Assembly: GCA_026023565.1 (NCBI GenBank)
Contig: JAPETS010000047.1
Coordinates: 62,001 to 126,000, forward strand
Length of the DNA: 64,000 nucleotides
Direction of reading: 5' to 3'
Source of the DNA: Cirrosporium novae-zelandiae
Taxonomy: Eukaryota
The notes under the pieces are model-generated. The model saw nothing but the letters and a program-made list of their open reading frames with translations. It had not been told where the DNA came from and searched no databases. Below are positions 1 to 13,525 of the stretch, in pieces. The translations under genes and the position numbers were made by a program. Position 1 is the first letter of the stretch. Every line of letters begins with the position of its first letter.

Positions 1-932
1 GAATGAAGGAAAGAAGGAAAAGTAAGGGGGGGCTGGAGGTGGGATCTCTTTTTCTTTGCTGGACGGTGTGAATGGTGGATGGTGCGGTAAGTGTTATTCC
101 TGCTATCACATACATACATACATATAAGAACGACAATGAGTACTAACAAACATCAGCCTCCTGATAATGAATTCTATAACCATCAACAGTCATACTCTTA
201 CCTCTTCCTTTCTTTCCTTTTCTTTCTTCCTTTTTTGCTTCAAAAAAAAAGCAAAGCCGTCATCTATCCATCCACGATAAACATACATAGATAAACAGTC
301 CCAACTCCACTCCACGAGCACAAAAATCCATCACTCCATAAAATTCACGAAAAAGCAAACAACAACAATCAAAAAGAAATTCAAATATAACTACATACCC
401 CATTCTCCAGTCTCCATCCTCCCATCCTACCGAACCCTTAAATCGAAATTACCATCCGAGACCCCTATCACCAAAGAGACGCTCAGGGAACAACACAACA
501 CAACACAGTATCAGGTAGTTACCCCGACCGCGTAATCCAAGCCCCATAGTCACAACTAGGAATATATAATACATCCTAGCAATAGGTACTTACTCAAGTC
601 GATAGATGGGTACTCCGCGTGCTCTATTTGGATTACCTAGTCTGGTAACTAGGTACGCACGTAAGAGGGTTGTACTGGCTTGGGCCTTTTTACTCGAGTA
701 GGTACACCAAACACTGGATATGATATCCGCTAAAGTAGCAAACGGTCAAGATATCCCATATCCCTTTTTCAGCTTAATGAGAGGGGTACTAGACTATCGG
801 AGTGTAAATATTAGCTTACCCCTTTGATATATATAACGGTTTTAATAGCCTAAAGGAAACAGAAAAGGAAAAGAGAAAAGAGGAAAAAAGGTATATGTTG
901 GTGAGTTGGAGTTAAAAAAAACTGACCTTTGA

Positions 933-1128
933 TGTTAGGGAATAGACTAAGCTAATTACTGTAATACTAGTAAGCCTAAGTCCAAGGCACATGCCCTAAG
1001 CCCCACCTTATAAGGTAAGCTTCCTCCCATACCTTAGCTTTTTTAGACCTCAACCAATAATTACACACCACACCAAGTTACTCCTCCTAATTAGATAAGA
1101 AGACCCCTTATCCTAAGGCGACGTAACA
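933..1128. mobile_element. possible degenerate solo LTR (~196 bp)
   Basis: Begins TGTTAGG and ends CGTAACA (TG...CA, 6/7 inverted termini). Internal TATAAG, TpA-rich surroundings. Flanks tttga/ataga are not a clean target-site duplication. Confidence 0.3.
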
Positions 1129-1581
1129 ATAGATAATCAACCTAGAATAATTAGCTTATATAATCTACCTAGGTAGGTTTTTTATCCCTCACATCTGAGG
1201 TGGCCCCTACGCAATAGTCTATAGATTACTTGAAAGTTGGTTCATTGATTGAACCATTTAAGAGGGAAACTCCAATGATAATAAATTCATTTGGCTCTAA
1301 AACATATATTGTGGGAAACAAAGATATATAATTAATAAAGGATAGGCGAAATAGTTAGGATTTGGTTTGCCGAAAATGAAAAAATGAAAATAAGAATGAA
1401 GAAACATGTGGAGTTGATGATGATGCCCCAAGATGCAAAAATGCCCCTTTTTGAATCCTTTGACCCTTTACCAAAGCCCCCCATCCCATCCCCTCAGACT
1501 CCCAGCCGAGGAGAGGCATAATATTTACCTAATCCTCTCCGTTCTATGCCTAATAATCCTCCCGTATCCACATCCATTCCT

Positions 1582-2447
1582 CTAGTTCTTCTTGATGTTG
1601 CACTTAGCCAAGCAGTTATCGATGCCCAAAGCAACATTAGGTGGGATCTGGCCCCTGAAGTCCTCGATATCAGCACCATTAAGTTGCTTTGGGAACCCAA
1701 GAGTAGCATTAACGACGTTGGCATTCAACCCGAAAAAGTTCTGAGCAATCTGGCTGACGCCTGGGTCGTTGCTATCGAGGGCGGCGACGAAGATGGCCTC
1801 CTCACAGTTGGGGTTCACCTGGAAGTGTATGCTGCCCATAGGGAAGATGGTGGCCTGGAATTTGGTGAGGGTGGTGTTGATTTCGTTGGTGAAACCGTTT
1901 TCAAGGATGAAGCCGGTGTCTAGGGCGCCCTGGATAACGGTGAGGAATTCGGTGGCGCGCGGGTGTATGTGCGGGGTGTTGATGCCGCAGGGGTTGAGGA
2001 TTCCGATTGTGGTGGAGATCTCGAAGCCGACGAGGGCGGGGAAGTTGTCGATGCTGGAGGGGGAGATTACGCCACCTGTGAGGGGGAATGTTAGATGGGG
2101 TTTGTTTAAAGGAGGGGGGGAGGGGTGGAATGTTGGTGGTTGGATGGGATAGTAAGAGTGGAAAGTTACTAACCTTTTCCTGTTGGTGGAGCATTCAAAA
2201 CGGTGTTAAAGTCAAAGACAATCTTTTCTTGAGCATTGCCGTCGCCATTCTCGCCAAGCAAGATCTTGAATCGATCAACTGAAGATGGCGCCAGCTCGAG
2301 CTGCTCAATCAGGGCCAAGTTGCTGTTGGTGGCGGCAGGAGCAGCAGCTGTGGCGGACCCCGAGGACATCATCCCTTGAGGCAAGGCACTGACGGCACCG
2401 GCAGCGGCAACAGCAGCAAGAAAAACTTTGGTGATTGCAGAAGACAT
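1582..2447 (-). CDS. secreted cupin, spherulin-1/germin-like protein (2 exons)
   Basis: Exons 2447-2174 and 2075-1582, with a GTTAGT...CAG intron that restores frame. Signal peptide MSSAITKVFLAAVAAAGAVSA. Germin box CGINTPHIHPRATE and second cupin motif FPMGSIHFQ. Confidence 0.88.
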
Positions 2448-3167
2448 TCTGAATGAATGGGCTGTTGTTGATTGGATAAAAGGGTGTTGTACCGAAATAA
2501 AGATTAGGTAATTAAAGTCCTTAAGTTTGGAATAATCAAACGAAGATCAAAAAAGACCGTGCGATAATTCTGTTCCAATGAAAAAACAAAGGAGACAAGG
2601 AAAAAAATAAGGAATAAGGATGGAAAAACTAGATTTGTGTTTTTGTTGCTTTGGATGTTTTGTAATGAGATGGAGAATAGAACCATGGAGGGAGGATGGA
2701 AACATCTTTATAGACGACATGTCGACTCCTGCTGATGGACCAGCAGACTAGAAGGATACAAATTTAGGTATGAAGCGTAAAGATTTGTAAGTGCTGAACT
2801 AGAATAGATGATCATCTCCAAGCACAAAAAGAATGGTCATTCCTTCAGATCTGAGAATGGCTGTGGTCATCCTCTAGACCTCTAGAATAGATGCTTACTA
2901 GAGAAGTGCGGAGTACATGATTAGCGTAGAAACAAAATGATGGAATTGGTCTTTGAGGATATGTCTGTTGGCTGTTGGCCGTTGGTCACGGGCGGGGGAG
3001 GAAGGCTGATGAAGTTCGAATAGAGTTAGGCTGCGGGAGGGGGGGGCTGTAGGAGTTTCCTAAATCAGTCAACCAATGGGTAAGCCCTAACCTAAACCTA
3101 ACTTTTAAGGCTGAGGAAATTCTTTTTCGAACCTGGCGGTGTTCAAGCCTCAAAGCCAAAGTGCCAA

Positions 3168-3229
3168 GTTGGCCCTTAGTTGGCCCTTAGTCAAGCCCTT
3201 AGTCAAGCCCTTAGTCAAGCCCTTAGTTG
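3168..3229. repeat. 11-12 bp tandem repeat (caagcccttagt-like, ~5 copies)
   Basis: Read directly from the sequence. Confidence 0.8.
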
Positions 3230-4496
3230 AACTTAGTATGAGTTCTTATGTTAAGCTTAATAAACTTAAAAAGTTTGACGTCGCCTTGCACATGCCATCT
3301 ATCCATCTCCACGTTTCTCTCGTTTCATCCTTTAACCCCCCCCCCAAAGGATGATCTTACCTCACACCGAATCAAATCTATAAGCACACGCAATTCATCC
3401 TTTGCCTCGTCATCAAAGATATTCTAAGTAGTCTAGTCTACTTATCATTTTTTTTTACCAGAAATCGACAAAGAGCCATTGCCAGGACTTTGGATGATTT
3501 GATTCATGGAAATCACTCTACCGCTCACGAGCATGTTAGCCCTTCCAGCTTATACAGTAGTAGATAAGATATAATTAATTATATCAGCACCAATAAAGTT
3601 TCCTGAACCCTAGTACTTGAAGACCCGCAGAAGTCTTGACAGAATTCCCTTGGCATTTCCTTACCAACGTCACTAGAAAAAGAAATAAGGGATTTCCTAA
3701 CCTGAAAATAACTTCATTCGGTGCTGTCGGTTGTCGTCAAAATTACAATGTAAAGAAGCGTCTGAGCCTCCCCCTCGCACCAACCGCATTTAACGCTATG
3801 GACGATCCTATATACACGAGATTCGCAATTAGTACCCATCACAACACGTCAGAATTCATAACAAATATCCTGAAAGAAACCAAGAAACTAACCAGTGAGT
3901 GCCCCATTCCGCGAAATTTACGACTGTCATAATAGCCCTTAACAGCCCAACAGAAACATGTGTTACGTTTTCCCATTCATTTTCGGCTAAATATTCTAGG
4001 TCAGGATAATAGTACCATGCCTCATCGAAGGTAAAGACGATGGCTCTTTTGGCTGGAGCGGAAGAGCCAGACATCATAGATATTTGTTATTATGCAAGTC
4101 GATTAGTTGTTGATATCGGATGCTTGATACTTGTAGTGGAACAAAGAGATGGGGAATTCTCCGTGCCAGAAAAATTGAGGCTATGGGACGAGCACTCGAC
4201 GTCCAAGAAATATGAATGCGAGAGCTTGTAGCTCCCTATTTGGCGAGTTGCGTCTTCTTGAAATCGATCCAGGCAGTTTCGAAACGTAATATTGTGCATC
4301 GTCCCTGCCTGCCTTATCGTGCCTGGGTACATCCTACTCGGTGTCTTTCTGGGGACGTGGATACAGAGTGCCAAATTTTATTAGATTAGAGGGATATTAA
4401 ATATATTATGTACCTTTTGTGTTTCATCTTGATCCAAGTCGAACTCTCCACCACCAACAGAATATCAAATTTACAGGCCTCCCCTCCAAACCAAAC

Positions 4497-6341
4497 TTAA
4501 TACGTCCTAGCAAACCGCTTCCGGATCTGACCTCCATAGCGGAAAAATAACCATGGAAATGGCAGAAAGAGCATGGCGATAAAACCTAGGAGACTGGTAC
4601 CCCAACCGATTCCGAGGGACTTGTACATTGGGAGACCGGCGAGTGGGAGCACGGCGCCGATGAGCGAGCGAAGGACCGTATTTGCTGCAAGAGCAGAAGC
4701 GGCATACAGCTGATAGGCATCTACAAGATAAGTTTGGACAGGCATCTGTGTAGGAAGAGAGTTGGTTAATAAAATCTGTTGAAGAATGTGGAGCTGGATT
4801 GGCATTGCACTCTTGGAGGTGAAGGAGCAATATAGACACGAGAGAAAAAGATACAGGAGTGCCAGTATAAAAGAGAGATAATCTCACCATAACAGAAAAG
4901 AAGCCAATCCCGAAAAAGGATGTCCCGATTATTGGAACTATCCAATGTACACCTTTATCTGCAGTCCAACCATACCAGAAAAGCCCCACCGGTAGAGTCC
5001 AGGACAAGAAAATCATGGGTGGAAGACGAAATTCAGGCCTGGCTTCCCCATGTTTTTTAGTCAACTTGACGAGTATTTTATCGCTTGTTATGCCGACCAC
5101 AATAACACCAACCATACAGCCAATTCCAATGCCGATATAGGCGAGGCCTACGGTCCCCTCGGAGAAATGGTATTGGGTAGTGTAGACTTGGCTGAATGTC
5201 GTAAAAAGAAGGTAAAGATAACCGAATATGATGGCAAGGTATAATGCCAGAATGAGGATGATGGGATCGAAAATGAGCATCTTAATTGGGCGTTTGATAG
5301 CAAGCCAAAAGAGTTGCTTAGGAGATCCAGGAGTACTATATTTAGGACGTAAGGATGTATTACCGGTCTCCTTGATCAGTCTCTTCGTTTTCCGTTCCAA
5401 TAGAACTGGTGCATATGTTTCTTTAAGGCATATGATGAGGAGAATGGCAACAACCCCAAGAAGAATTGTCAGGACCCAGAAAACCCACCGCCAACCCTTG
5501 GCTTGTGACAAAAACCCTCCAGCAATCGGCCCTATCACAGGTCCTAGTAAGGGTCCCAAGGCAAACAGAGCCATTGCGACACCTCTTTTCTCCCGTACAA
5601 AAATATCGGCAATGACTCCTCCGCCAAGGGACATGGGGGCGGATCCTCCCATACCAGCCATTATTCGAAAGAAGATGAATGAACCAATGTTCGGCGCAGT
5701 AGCACAACCGACGGTAAATCCAAGAGCAACTATATTAGAAATAATGTACACAGGTGTTCGACCGTAAAGTTCTGACATTGGCGCAATCCTGGTTGATTGT
5801 GGTGATAAGTCATTTGATCTTAATGGACACGTAGGATTGCATTCATCTGACTTACAACAATGGCCCGAAAGCAAATCCTAACAGGTAAGCCGAGACTACA
5901 AAAGACGCCAGCTCGTTGTTCGTGTTATGGAAGTCGGACATTAAGCTCTATGTCAAGTTAGCACATTCACAGGACTCAAATATATGGATATGCACTGACC
6001 GAAACCCCAGGCGCAAACATGGACGATGCCAATGGCCTAATTGAAAAAGCCAAGTTAGACACAACCATCAAGTTCATTAGATAGCTGAGAGCGTACGTGA
6101 GAAAGCTGATACTTGCTACAATAGCCATCGTGGTGACCTTCCTCCATGTTGACCAATTTCTTGGGTTTGCTGGATCATCAGGTCCATCCCAATCAATTTC
6201 ATTGGAATCTTTGACAGGGGGATCGTTATGAAACGAATCAAGCTTTTCTGTTTCCGTTGTTTTTTCCTGTTGTTTTTCAATGTCAACAGTATCTTGACTC
6301 GACTCTGGGCGTTTTCCTGTTGTTGTAGTGGATTCAGCCAT
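4497..6341 (-). CDS. MFS drug:H+ antiporter (DHA1 family), multi-exon
   Basis: [15 protein letters not shown]-terminal motif, [35 protein letters not shown] and YLVDAY...AASALAAN spread over in-order minus-strand ORFs with intron signals. Confidence 0.92.
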
Positions 6342-8015
6342 GATTTTCCACGACTGATGAGATGGTGAAAAGCTGAGGAACGAACATTTTAAAGGAAGAG
6401 ATTATCAACAGTAGTCGTAGTAGCTGCAGCTGAAGCCGAAGCTCGGGAAACCAGTCGGTCGGTCATTTGAATAGATACATTTCGGTGAATTAGACTAGGT
6501 GGCGTTGAAGAGTACTAATTAAACAATAATTACTGAGTAGACTATTACCGACACCGAGTTACTTTACCAAAGCACAAGTAATTAATTAGTGCTTGTAAAG
6601 AAAAACAATACCCCGCGCTTCGGCTTTTTGAATGTCCGTCACCGAGCCAAGGAAATACCCGATAGCGGACCAGATATTCCGATGACCGATGCCATTGAAA
6701 AGTAATTCATTAATTCATTAATTACTGAAGCCTGAGGCATCCAGAACAGCCGTTGAGCCATTCATGTCTTGGCAGGGGTAAGACCCTTATCATTTGTCTC
6801 CAATTAACTTTTCAAGTCACTGCAACTTTCAGGTCGGTAAGCACTACTTCTGTTGATACAACCACTCTCCCCTTGAACTTCTCTCATGATTCATGACTCG
6901 TTAGAGATATTATGTTACCAGCAAGCCAAGATTCTAAATATGGTGGTTAATGGTCTGCAGGAAAAACAAAACCAGCATTCTCATAACTGCTAGAGGAGGT
7001 ACAGTACAACCCATCAGCCTTGGGCAGGCATCATGGATTTACAGAAGCCCCCTCACGGGGCCTCTTGTAGCTACAAAAGCCCATTTCTTGTGACCGTTCG
7101 GTTTCAGGCCGTTGGACTATTCCTCAATACATGCCAACGTGAATCGTGGTATTAAACCATGTTATCCACAATCGCGACATCATGCAATCAGGAAATTAAA
7201 TATCTGATGTTTTTTGAAGAATTTTCTTGAGCGTGTTTGATCCTGCAAAAATCTAGCTGCTTGTTCTGGCGTGTGTGTTCTGTACATGTTCATCTGGTGT
7301 CGCTTCGTGCCGTCCCTCTCATCCTTCATCGCCCACACCACCTCACCCCACACCCCTTTGATTAAATCCCTGCCGAGGCTGTAATGTTTGGTTTTCAGGA
7401 CTTAATGACAATCTAACTATTGTGCCAGATCGGATTGAATTAACCATATACTGATGCCAAGAACCGAAATAGGCGTGCATCTCAAGATAACCAAAACAAG
7501 CGTTCCTAACGGATATGGAGTTTCAATTGGGCCTATGAGTCGATCAATGCCGAAATTCTGATATCTGATTGGATCGAGGACCTTGATATCCATCTACATC
7601 CTTTGCCGCTCATCCTTCTTGATGGTTGCATCACCATTTTATTTTATTTGTGCTTCTTGGGTTAGTAGTAGCAGAGGGGATAATACATGGCATTGGACTG
7701 GTAATAGATTGCAGTAAGAGTCGCGGGAAATAATTAGTGCTTATCACAGTGCGGGTTTTCGAAAATGTACATATATCCCTTGGATTAGATCTCTATGCAT
7801 TGTTTTGGAGAGCATACCTTCAATCGTTCACTTCAACTTCATCTGAGCCTCGCCATTCTTTCGAGGCCTTGGATCTTTTTTCAATTGCTTCAATTGATAC
7901 ACTCTCTTTCACAAACATTCAAATTCTTGTCCACTCATTAAACCAGCCAATCCTTCAAGTAACCACTTACCCATTCATTCATTCATTTAAATCACATTCC
8001 TTTGCAAATGCCAAC

Positions 8016-9721
8016 ATGATGGTCAAACCAAAGCTCATCACTCCCCTCCTTTTCACGCTCTTCACCCTCAGCACCGCCTGGATCCCAGGAGTCGACAAGC
8101 AGATCACCTCCAAATCTGGCACCAACCGCTTCAACCGGACCTCACTCCTCTCCCAAAACATCACCAGCACCACCAACTCCACTCGAAACCGCAAACGCTG
8201 GCTTCCCTACACCCTCCCAATCCGGGGTGTAAATCTCGGCTCCCTCTTCGTCTTTGAGCCCTGGCTTGCCGAAACAGAATGGACCCGCATCGGATGCGAA
8301 GGTAAAAACTCGGAGTTTGATTGCGTTTCGGCTCTAGGCCAAACGGCTGCGAATACTGCTTTCCAGGATCATTGGTCTCAGTGGGTCACCGAGGATGATT
8401 TCGTGCTCATGTCGAACTATGGATTGAATACCGTCAGGATCCCGGTGGGGTACTGGATGGATGAGGATATTGTGTACAGTGATAGTGAATATTTCCCGCA
8501 AGGGGGACTCGCGTACTTGGAGCAGGTGTGTGGATGGGCGAGCGATTATGGATTTTATATTATCATTGATTTGCATGGGGCGCCGGGGGCGCAAGTTGCG
8601 ACGAATGCGGATACCGGACAGGTAAGTATTTATCTATAGTGGTTGCGGGATTCTTTGCCTTGCTCGTTTGTCTTACTTTGTTTTTTTTCTTGAATTAGTA
8701 TGCGTCAACTGCTGGATTCTACGTCGACTATCAGTATGAACGAGCTCTCAAATTCCTTGAATGGATGACGAACATTATTCATTCCAACGACAACATGCGG
8801 AATGTCGGCATGATCGAGATTGTGAATGAGCCGATCCAGGACGCGGAAACGGTGCAGACGATGAGGGAAAGTTATTACCCGGATGCTTTTACTGTAAGTC
8901 AGACATCATTTCTTTCGCTTTTGCAGAACATGAAAATTCAGAGAAATCCATACCTTCTCAACTTCCTTACCTTCAACCCTATCCTATCTTACCCTGACCG
9001 CCTCACTAACACATCTCCCACCCCAGCGAATCCGGGCTGCAGAAACTGCTCTCGGTATAACAAGCAATGATTATTTGCACATCCAAATGATGAACACAAA
9101 ATGGGGATCCGGCTCTCCGTCCGAATATCTCACCGACGACTATTTCGCGGCCTACGATGACCACCGCTACGTGAAATGGGACAGCTCGGTCACTGTTTCT
9201 CAATCCAGCTATTTATCCAACTCTTGCAATGATGATCGCGGGGGGGATTCGCCTACTATTGTCGGAGAGTGGAGTTTGAGTCCACCAGATGATGTTGAGT
9301 GGGTAAGTTGATTGACCGGTCTTGGCCTTTTTGGTGTGGTTGAAGGAGGTTGTGTTTTGGCGTTAACAGAGAATTACAGACAACCGACTGGAATCCCAGC
9401 ACCCATGAATCATTCTACCAGAACTGGTATGCCGCGCAGGTGATGACATATGAGAAGCAAGATGGATGGGTCTTCTGGGCTTGGAAATCTCAACTCGGGG
9501 ATTATCGCTGGTCATATCAAGGTTAGTTGTCTTAACTCATTCTGTATCCCCTACCATGTCATCTTAACCCGTTGAATCATGAGAACTCTGCGGATAATTA
9601 GAAAGCCATGAAGGTTTGGGTTTGGTTTTGCTAACCTGATACGATAGATGCCGTTTCCGCTGGGGTTATTCCGACGGACATTGATGATGTTTATGACTGG
9701 GGGTCGTGCGATGGGTATTGA
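8016..9721 (+). CDS. secreted glycoside hydrolase family 5, probably endo-beta-1,6-glucanase type (GH5_15/ExgB-like), multi-exon
   Basis: Signal peptide and KR pro-site. Motifs [31 protein letters not shown], acid/base NEP, nucleophile [13 protein letters not shown]. Introns follow GT-AG. Confidence 0.9.
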
Positions 9722-10344
9722 GTGAAACAAGAAAATAGAACGAGATGTGGATATGGGAGATAAAAAAAAGCAACAGAAATCTGGGGATTAATTATTCGGC
9801 TTGGGCTGAAATAAAAAGAACGAATTTGGTGTTTTAGATCCTTGGCAAATGGATGGTCCTAGGGCGTTGGAAACGGTCTATAGGTAGGGTGATTTATGAA
9901 CGTGCATATCTGAGGAATGGATCTTTCAGCGCGGAAATCCTTATGCCTGGGCTGGTGGTCCGCGTTTCAGTCTGGATTGGGACTCCGGGCTAGTATGTAT
10001 GATAAAATAGGCTTTCTTAACGTTGTCAATAACCAAAATCGCCACCGAGATTTGACTTGAAGTCGAAGCAGCACTTAAAATATGTGACCGAGAAAGAATA
10101 CTTTGAACGAAGTGATGAAGTTAGTAAGACGAAGCAAAAATTAGAAGGTTGGTGGGCTGGTGTCGGAATTGCTTGCGACAGGTTTTCTTTATTCGATAGC
10201 TGTTCGACTATAGAGATAATTCGACCTTTTTCGGCTTTGGCCTATGATATAGCAGAGCTTGAACCAGGAGCTTTGCGAACAGAAATAAAATGAAGTTGCG
10301 GCAACAAACCTTGTCAGTTATGGTAAGCCTTTTCGCACTTCGAA

Positions 10345-12313
10345 TCAAGCAGCAAGAAACGGCTGCACAACATTTGCAACCCCTTCCACATCTTCATAAA
10401 TATGCCAATGTCCTACCTCCTCTAGCACACTCGTTTGACAGTCACTAATCTTGCCACGCAATTCTTCCACCCACTCAGGGGTGCTGGCCTTATCCTCACG
10501 GCCCGTTATCACCAACGTAGGCATGCTTAGTCGTGATGTGTCGATATCTTTCGTTGTATCCGCCAAAGCCGTGCAGCCCTTTGCATATCCTTCGGGGTTT
10601 TGTGACATCAAGGATGCTCGAAGCAGGCTAAGGCTGAGAGCCCGGGATGCTTTAGTTTTTGCAGAAGTTCCACCTATGATGACAGCCTCGGCAATAGCGG
10701 CCATTCCGCCAGCGCGGACTGCAGCTGCACGCTTTCGGCAGTCTTCACAGGCGGCTGGTGGGCGTGGAGATGATGGTGGGCCAGTAAGAATCAATTTTTT
10801 GACGAGCGAGGGATGCTGAGATGCAAAGGTCCCGGCAATTAAGCAACCCATAGAGTGACCGACAACTATAGCTTGCTTGATGTTGTATGAAGAGTGTGCA
10901 AACACTGCAGCAAGGTCATCAACATAAGATTGAATGCTCAGCACCGAAGTTACTTTTGTTGGAGAAAGGCCATGACCTTCTAGATCAAAAAGATATGATG
11001 TATAAGACTGCTCAAGGCTGCAGGCATGAATCAAGGGCCTGAAATATTCTGTTGTGCCTCCAAGTCCGTGAACAAAGATTATTGGAGTTGGGCCAGACCC
11101 GACTGTCTGAATGAAGAGGGGCTTCCTTGGAGGTCCGACTTTCGTCAACCCGATTCCGCCTGCAGTAATCTCTAGATTTTGGATAGGGATTCGAGAGCTG
11201 AATGCAATACGGGATAGCACCGAATTAGAGGTAGATTTGTCGGCAACACGATTCTTGAGTGTCCCAAGACCAGTCACTGTGATTGAGACCTCATCTCCGG
11301 GCTGAAGGAATGTTGGAGGTTTAAGGCCAAATCCTACTCCCGCAGGAGTGCCAGTTGCCAGTACATCTCCTGGCTGAAGAGTTATAGACTCCGACAAGGT
11401 TTTTATGAGGGTTGGAATAGAAAATATAAGATCTTGTGTCGTACCCCTCTGTCGTTGCTCATTGTTGATATGGGTAACCACCTCTAGTGTCGATGGGAGG
11501 TCTCGAGCAGCGACCGCAATGGGTCCCATAGGACAAAACGAGTCTGCACTCTTTCCCATATAGAACTGCTTATGGTCACGCTGCCGCTCTCGGGCAGTAA
11601 CGTCGTTAATGATTGTGTAACCCCATACATAGTTTAGAGCATCTTCTTCTTTAATCCTGTACCCGGGCTTTCCAATAATAACTCCTATCTCACCTTCATA
11701 ATCCAAAGTTTCAGTAAATTCGCTATGCGGTAAAATCTCCTCTCCATGGGCAATGATGCTTGTTGCACGCTTGGTGAAAATCACAGGGTGGGACGGTTGA
11801 TCAACCTATATTGTGTTTAGTAATTAATGTGATGTTCCGTTCGAAAAACTTTAGAAATATTATAGGCTCCTTGGCCGCCATCAATAAATGGTCAAAAATT
11901 CACATAGAAATAAATGCTCTAGAAAGTCTTTATGCATAAATAGCCCTGATAGCTCTGACAATAAAGATGATGCCAATATTTGTAGATAACCTGAAAATGC
12001 CTACCTTGTCGCTTGAATCATAGCCTGACGCGTTAAACTCTTTGGCATGCTCGCTATAGTTCTTACCAACACACAGAACATCACGCCCGGATATTGGGGG
12101 AAGCATACGAACGTTATCTCGAGGGAATGGATCTCCAGCTGATTGAAGCTCCTCTTCATTTGCTTCGATCACCTCGTACAAGGTCGATGGTGCAGTCCCA
12201 GAACGGAAAGCGAGCGGGCTTATGGTTGCCTTGCTCAAGTCGAGATGTCCAATTCTCGGGCGACCAAGCGCATCCTCATAGGCCACTAAGTTTGTATATT
12301 TGTGGTACGTCAT
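10345..12313 (-). CDS. fumarylacetoacetate-hydrolase-family domain fused to alpha/beta hydrolase (enol-lactonase-like)
   Basis: Exons 12313-12005 and 11805-10345. FAH motifs CVGKNY, DYEGE, NDVTAR, GKSAD, TGTPAGVG. C-terminal HGLGG, GHSMG, Asp in REDK and His in GHWH. Confidence 0.9.
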
Positions 12314-13525
12314 CCCGTTAATCCTGTTGAAAGCTGGTGGTACGTGAAGTTCTATAGCTACTACTTTATAAAGTCTACCACCGATCATAATAACCTCAAG
12401 TTTATCATGATCCTAAAGGATGAGATGTTTTTGATTGGATCTCCATCGACAAGGATCTAAACAAGTGGGGTTAGTATAACTTGACGTGATAAAAGTGGAG
12501 ATATTACACGAATAAGGTCGGCGAGATAACCCGGTAAAACCTTGTCAACGCTGTCTTTCCTCATGAATGATTTGCAACGCTGGCCGTAGCTGCAATGATA
12601 CTTTCCATGAGTGCGAACTAAAGTGAATTGATCAATTGCTCCAAGTCGTCGGCATAAGTCCCGTAGACCGTCTAGGTAAAACCATCCCTAATTATATTTA
12701 GCCCAATTGATATGAATCAGTATTATTCTCGTGCTCTCCAGACAAAATTGTAATCCCCCTTCTGTGCATCCTGTTCAAAACTTCAACAAATCCCACGGCT
12801 GAGTGAAAATGCGTAATTTCCACATCTTGCTCTCATCTAGAAATTGTTGAAAGCTTCAGGGCATATGGGCTTGTAACTGTGACTATCTATCACATAGTCT
12901 TGAAGGGCACCAAATATTCATCGAACAGAGAGAACGGGATGAAATGAGATGTCTAGGGACACGATAAATATTTTCAGAAGCGTATAATTTTCGACAACAA
13001 GCCCCTAAGAAATCCATGTTACCATTGTTCCGAGTACAGTGAGTATGGACAATAAATCAGAATGAACATCATCATGAAGATTCGAGCTTGCTAGAGAGAA
13101 GCTATCGGAATCCTTATCCACTCTTGAAGGCGATATGACTAGGAAAGTGTAAAGAGAAGAATTATACAAGGGAATAAAAGAAGAATAAAGAAGGAAATTA
13201 GATAAGAGTTATAGCGAGGCAGTTGCTTCAAATACACTTATCGACGGAAGAAGAAAGCCCTAAACACCAGCATTCGATCATTGACCACCGTATTGTCTAT
13301 TTGAATAGAGGATCACTGCTAGAAGGTGAGTTGTTGAAATAAGACAGTTATCAAGCCAGCAACAAGGAGTTCTGCAAAGCCATCGGGCACTAAGACCCGA
13401 TCATGAAGCTTACAGGTGTAACGACTACTAAAATTTATCTTGCATTATTAAATGTTAATTATTTTATTTTAATCTCTGAGTCTCCCACTTTGTTTTTAAT
13501 TACCTATACTGCATCTACTATCCGT

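Noticed and set aside
3856..4374. Two same-frame minus-strand ORFs separated by TAA TAA (possible pseudogene)
   Set aside because: No recognisable domain, start or splice signals, so it cannot be distinguished from chance.
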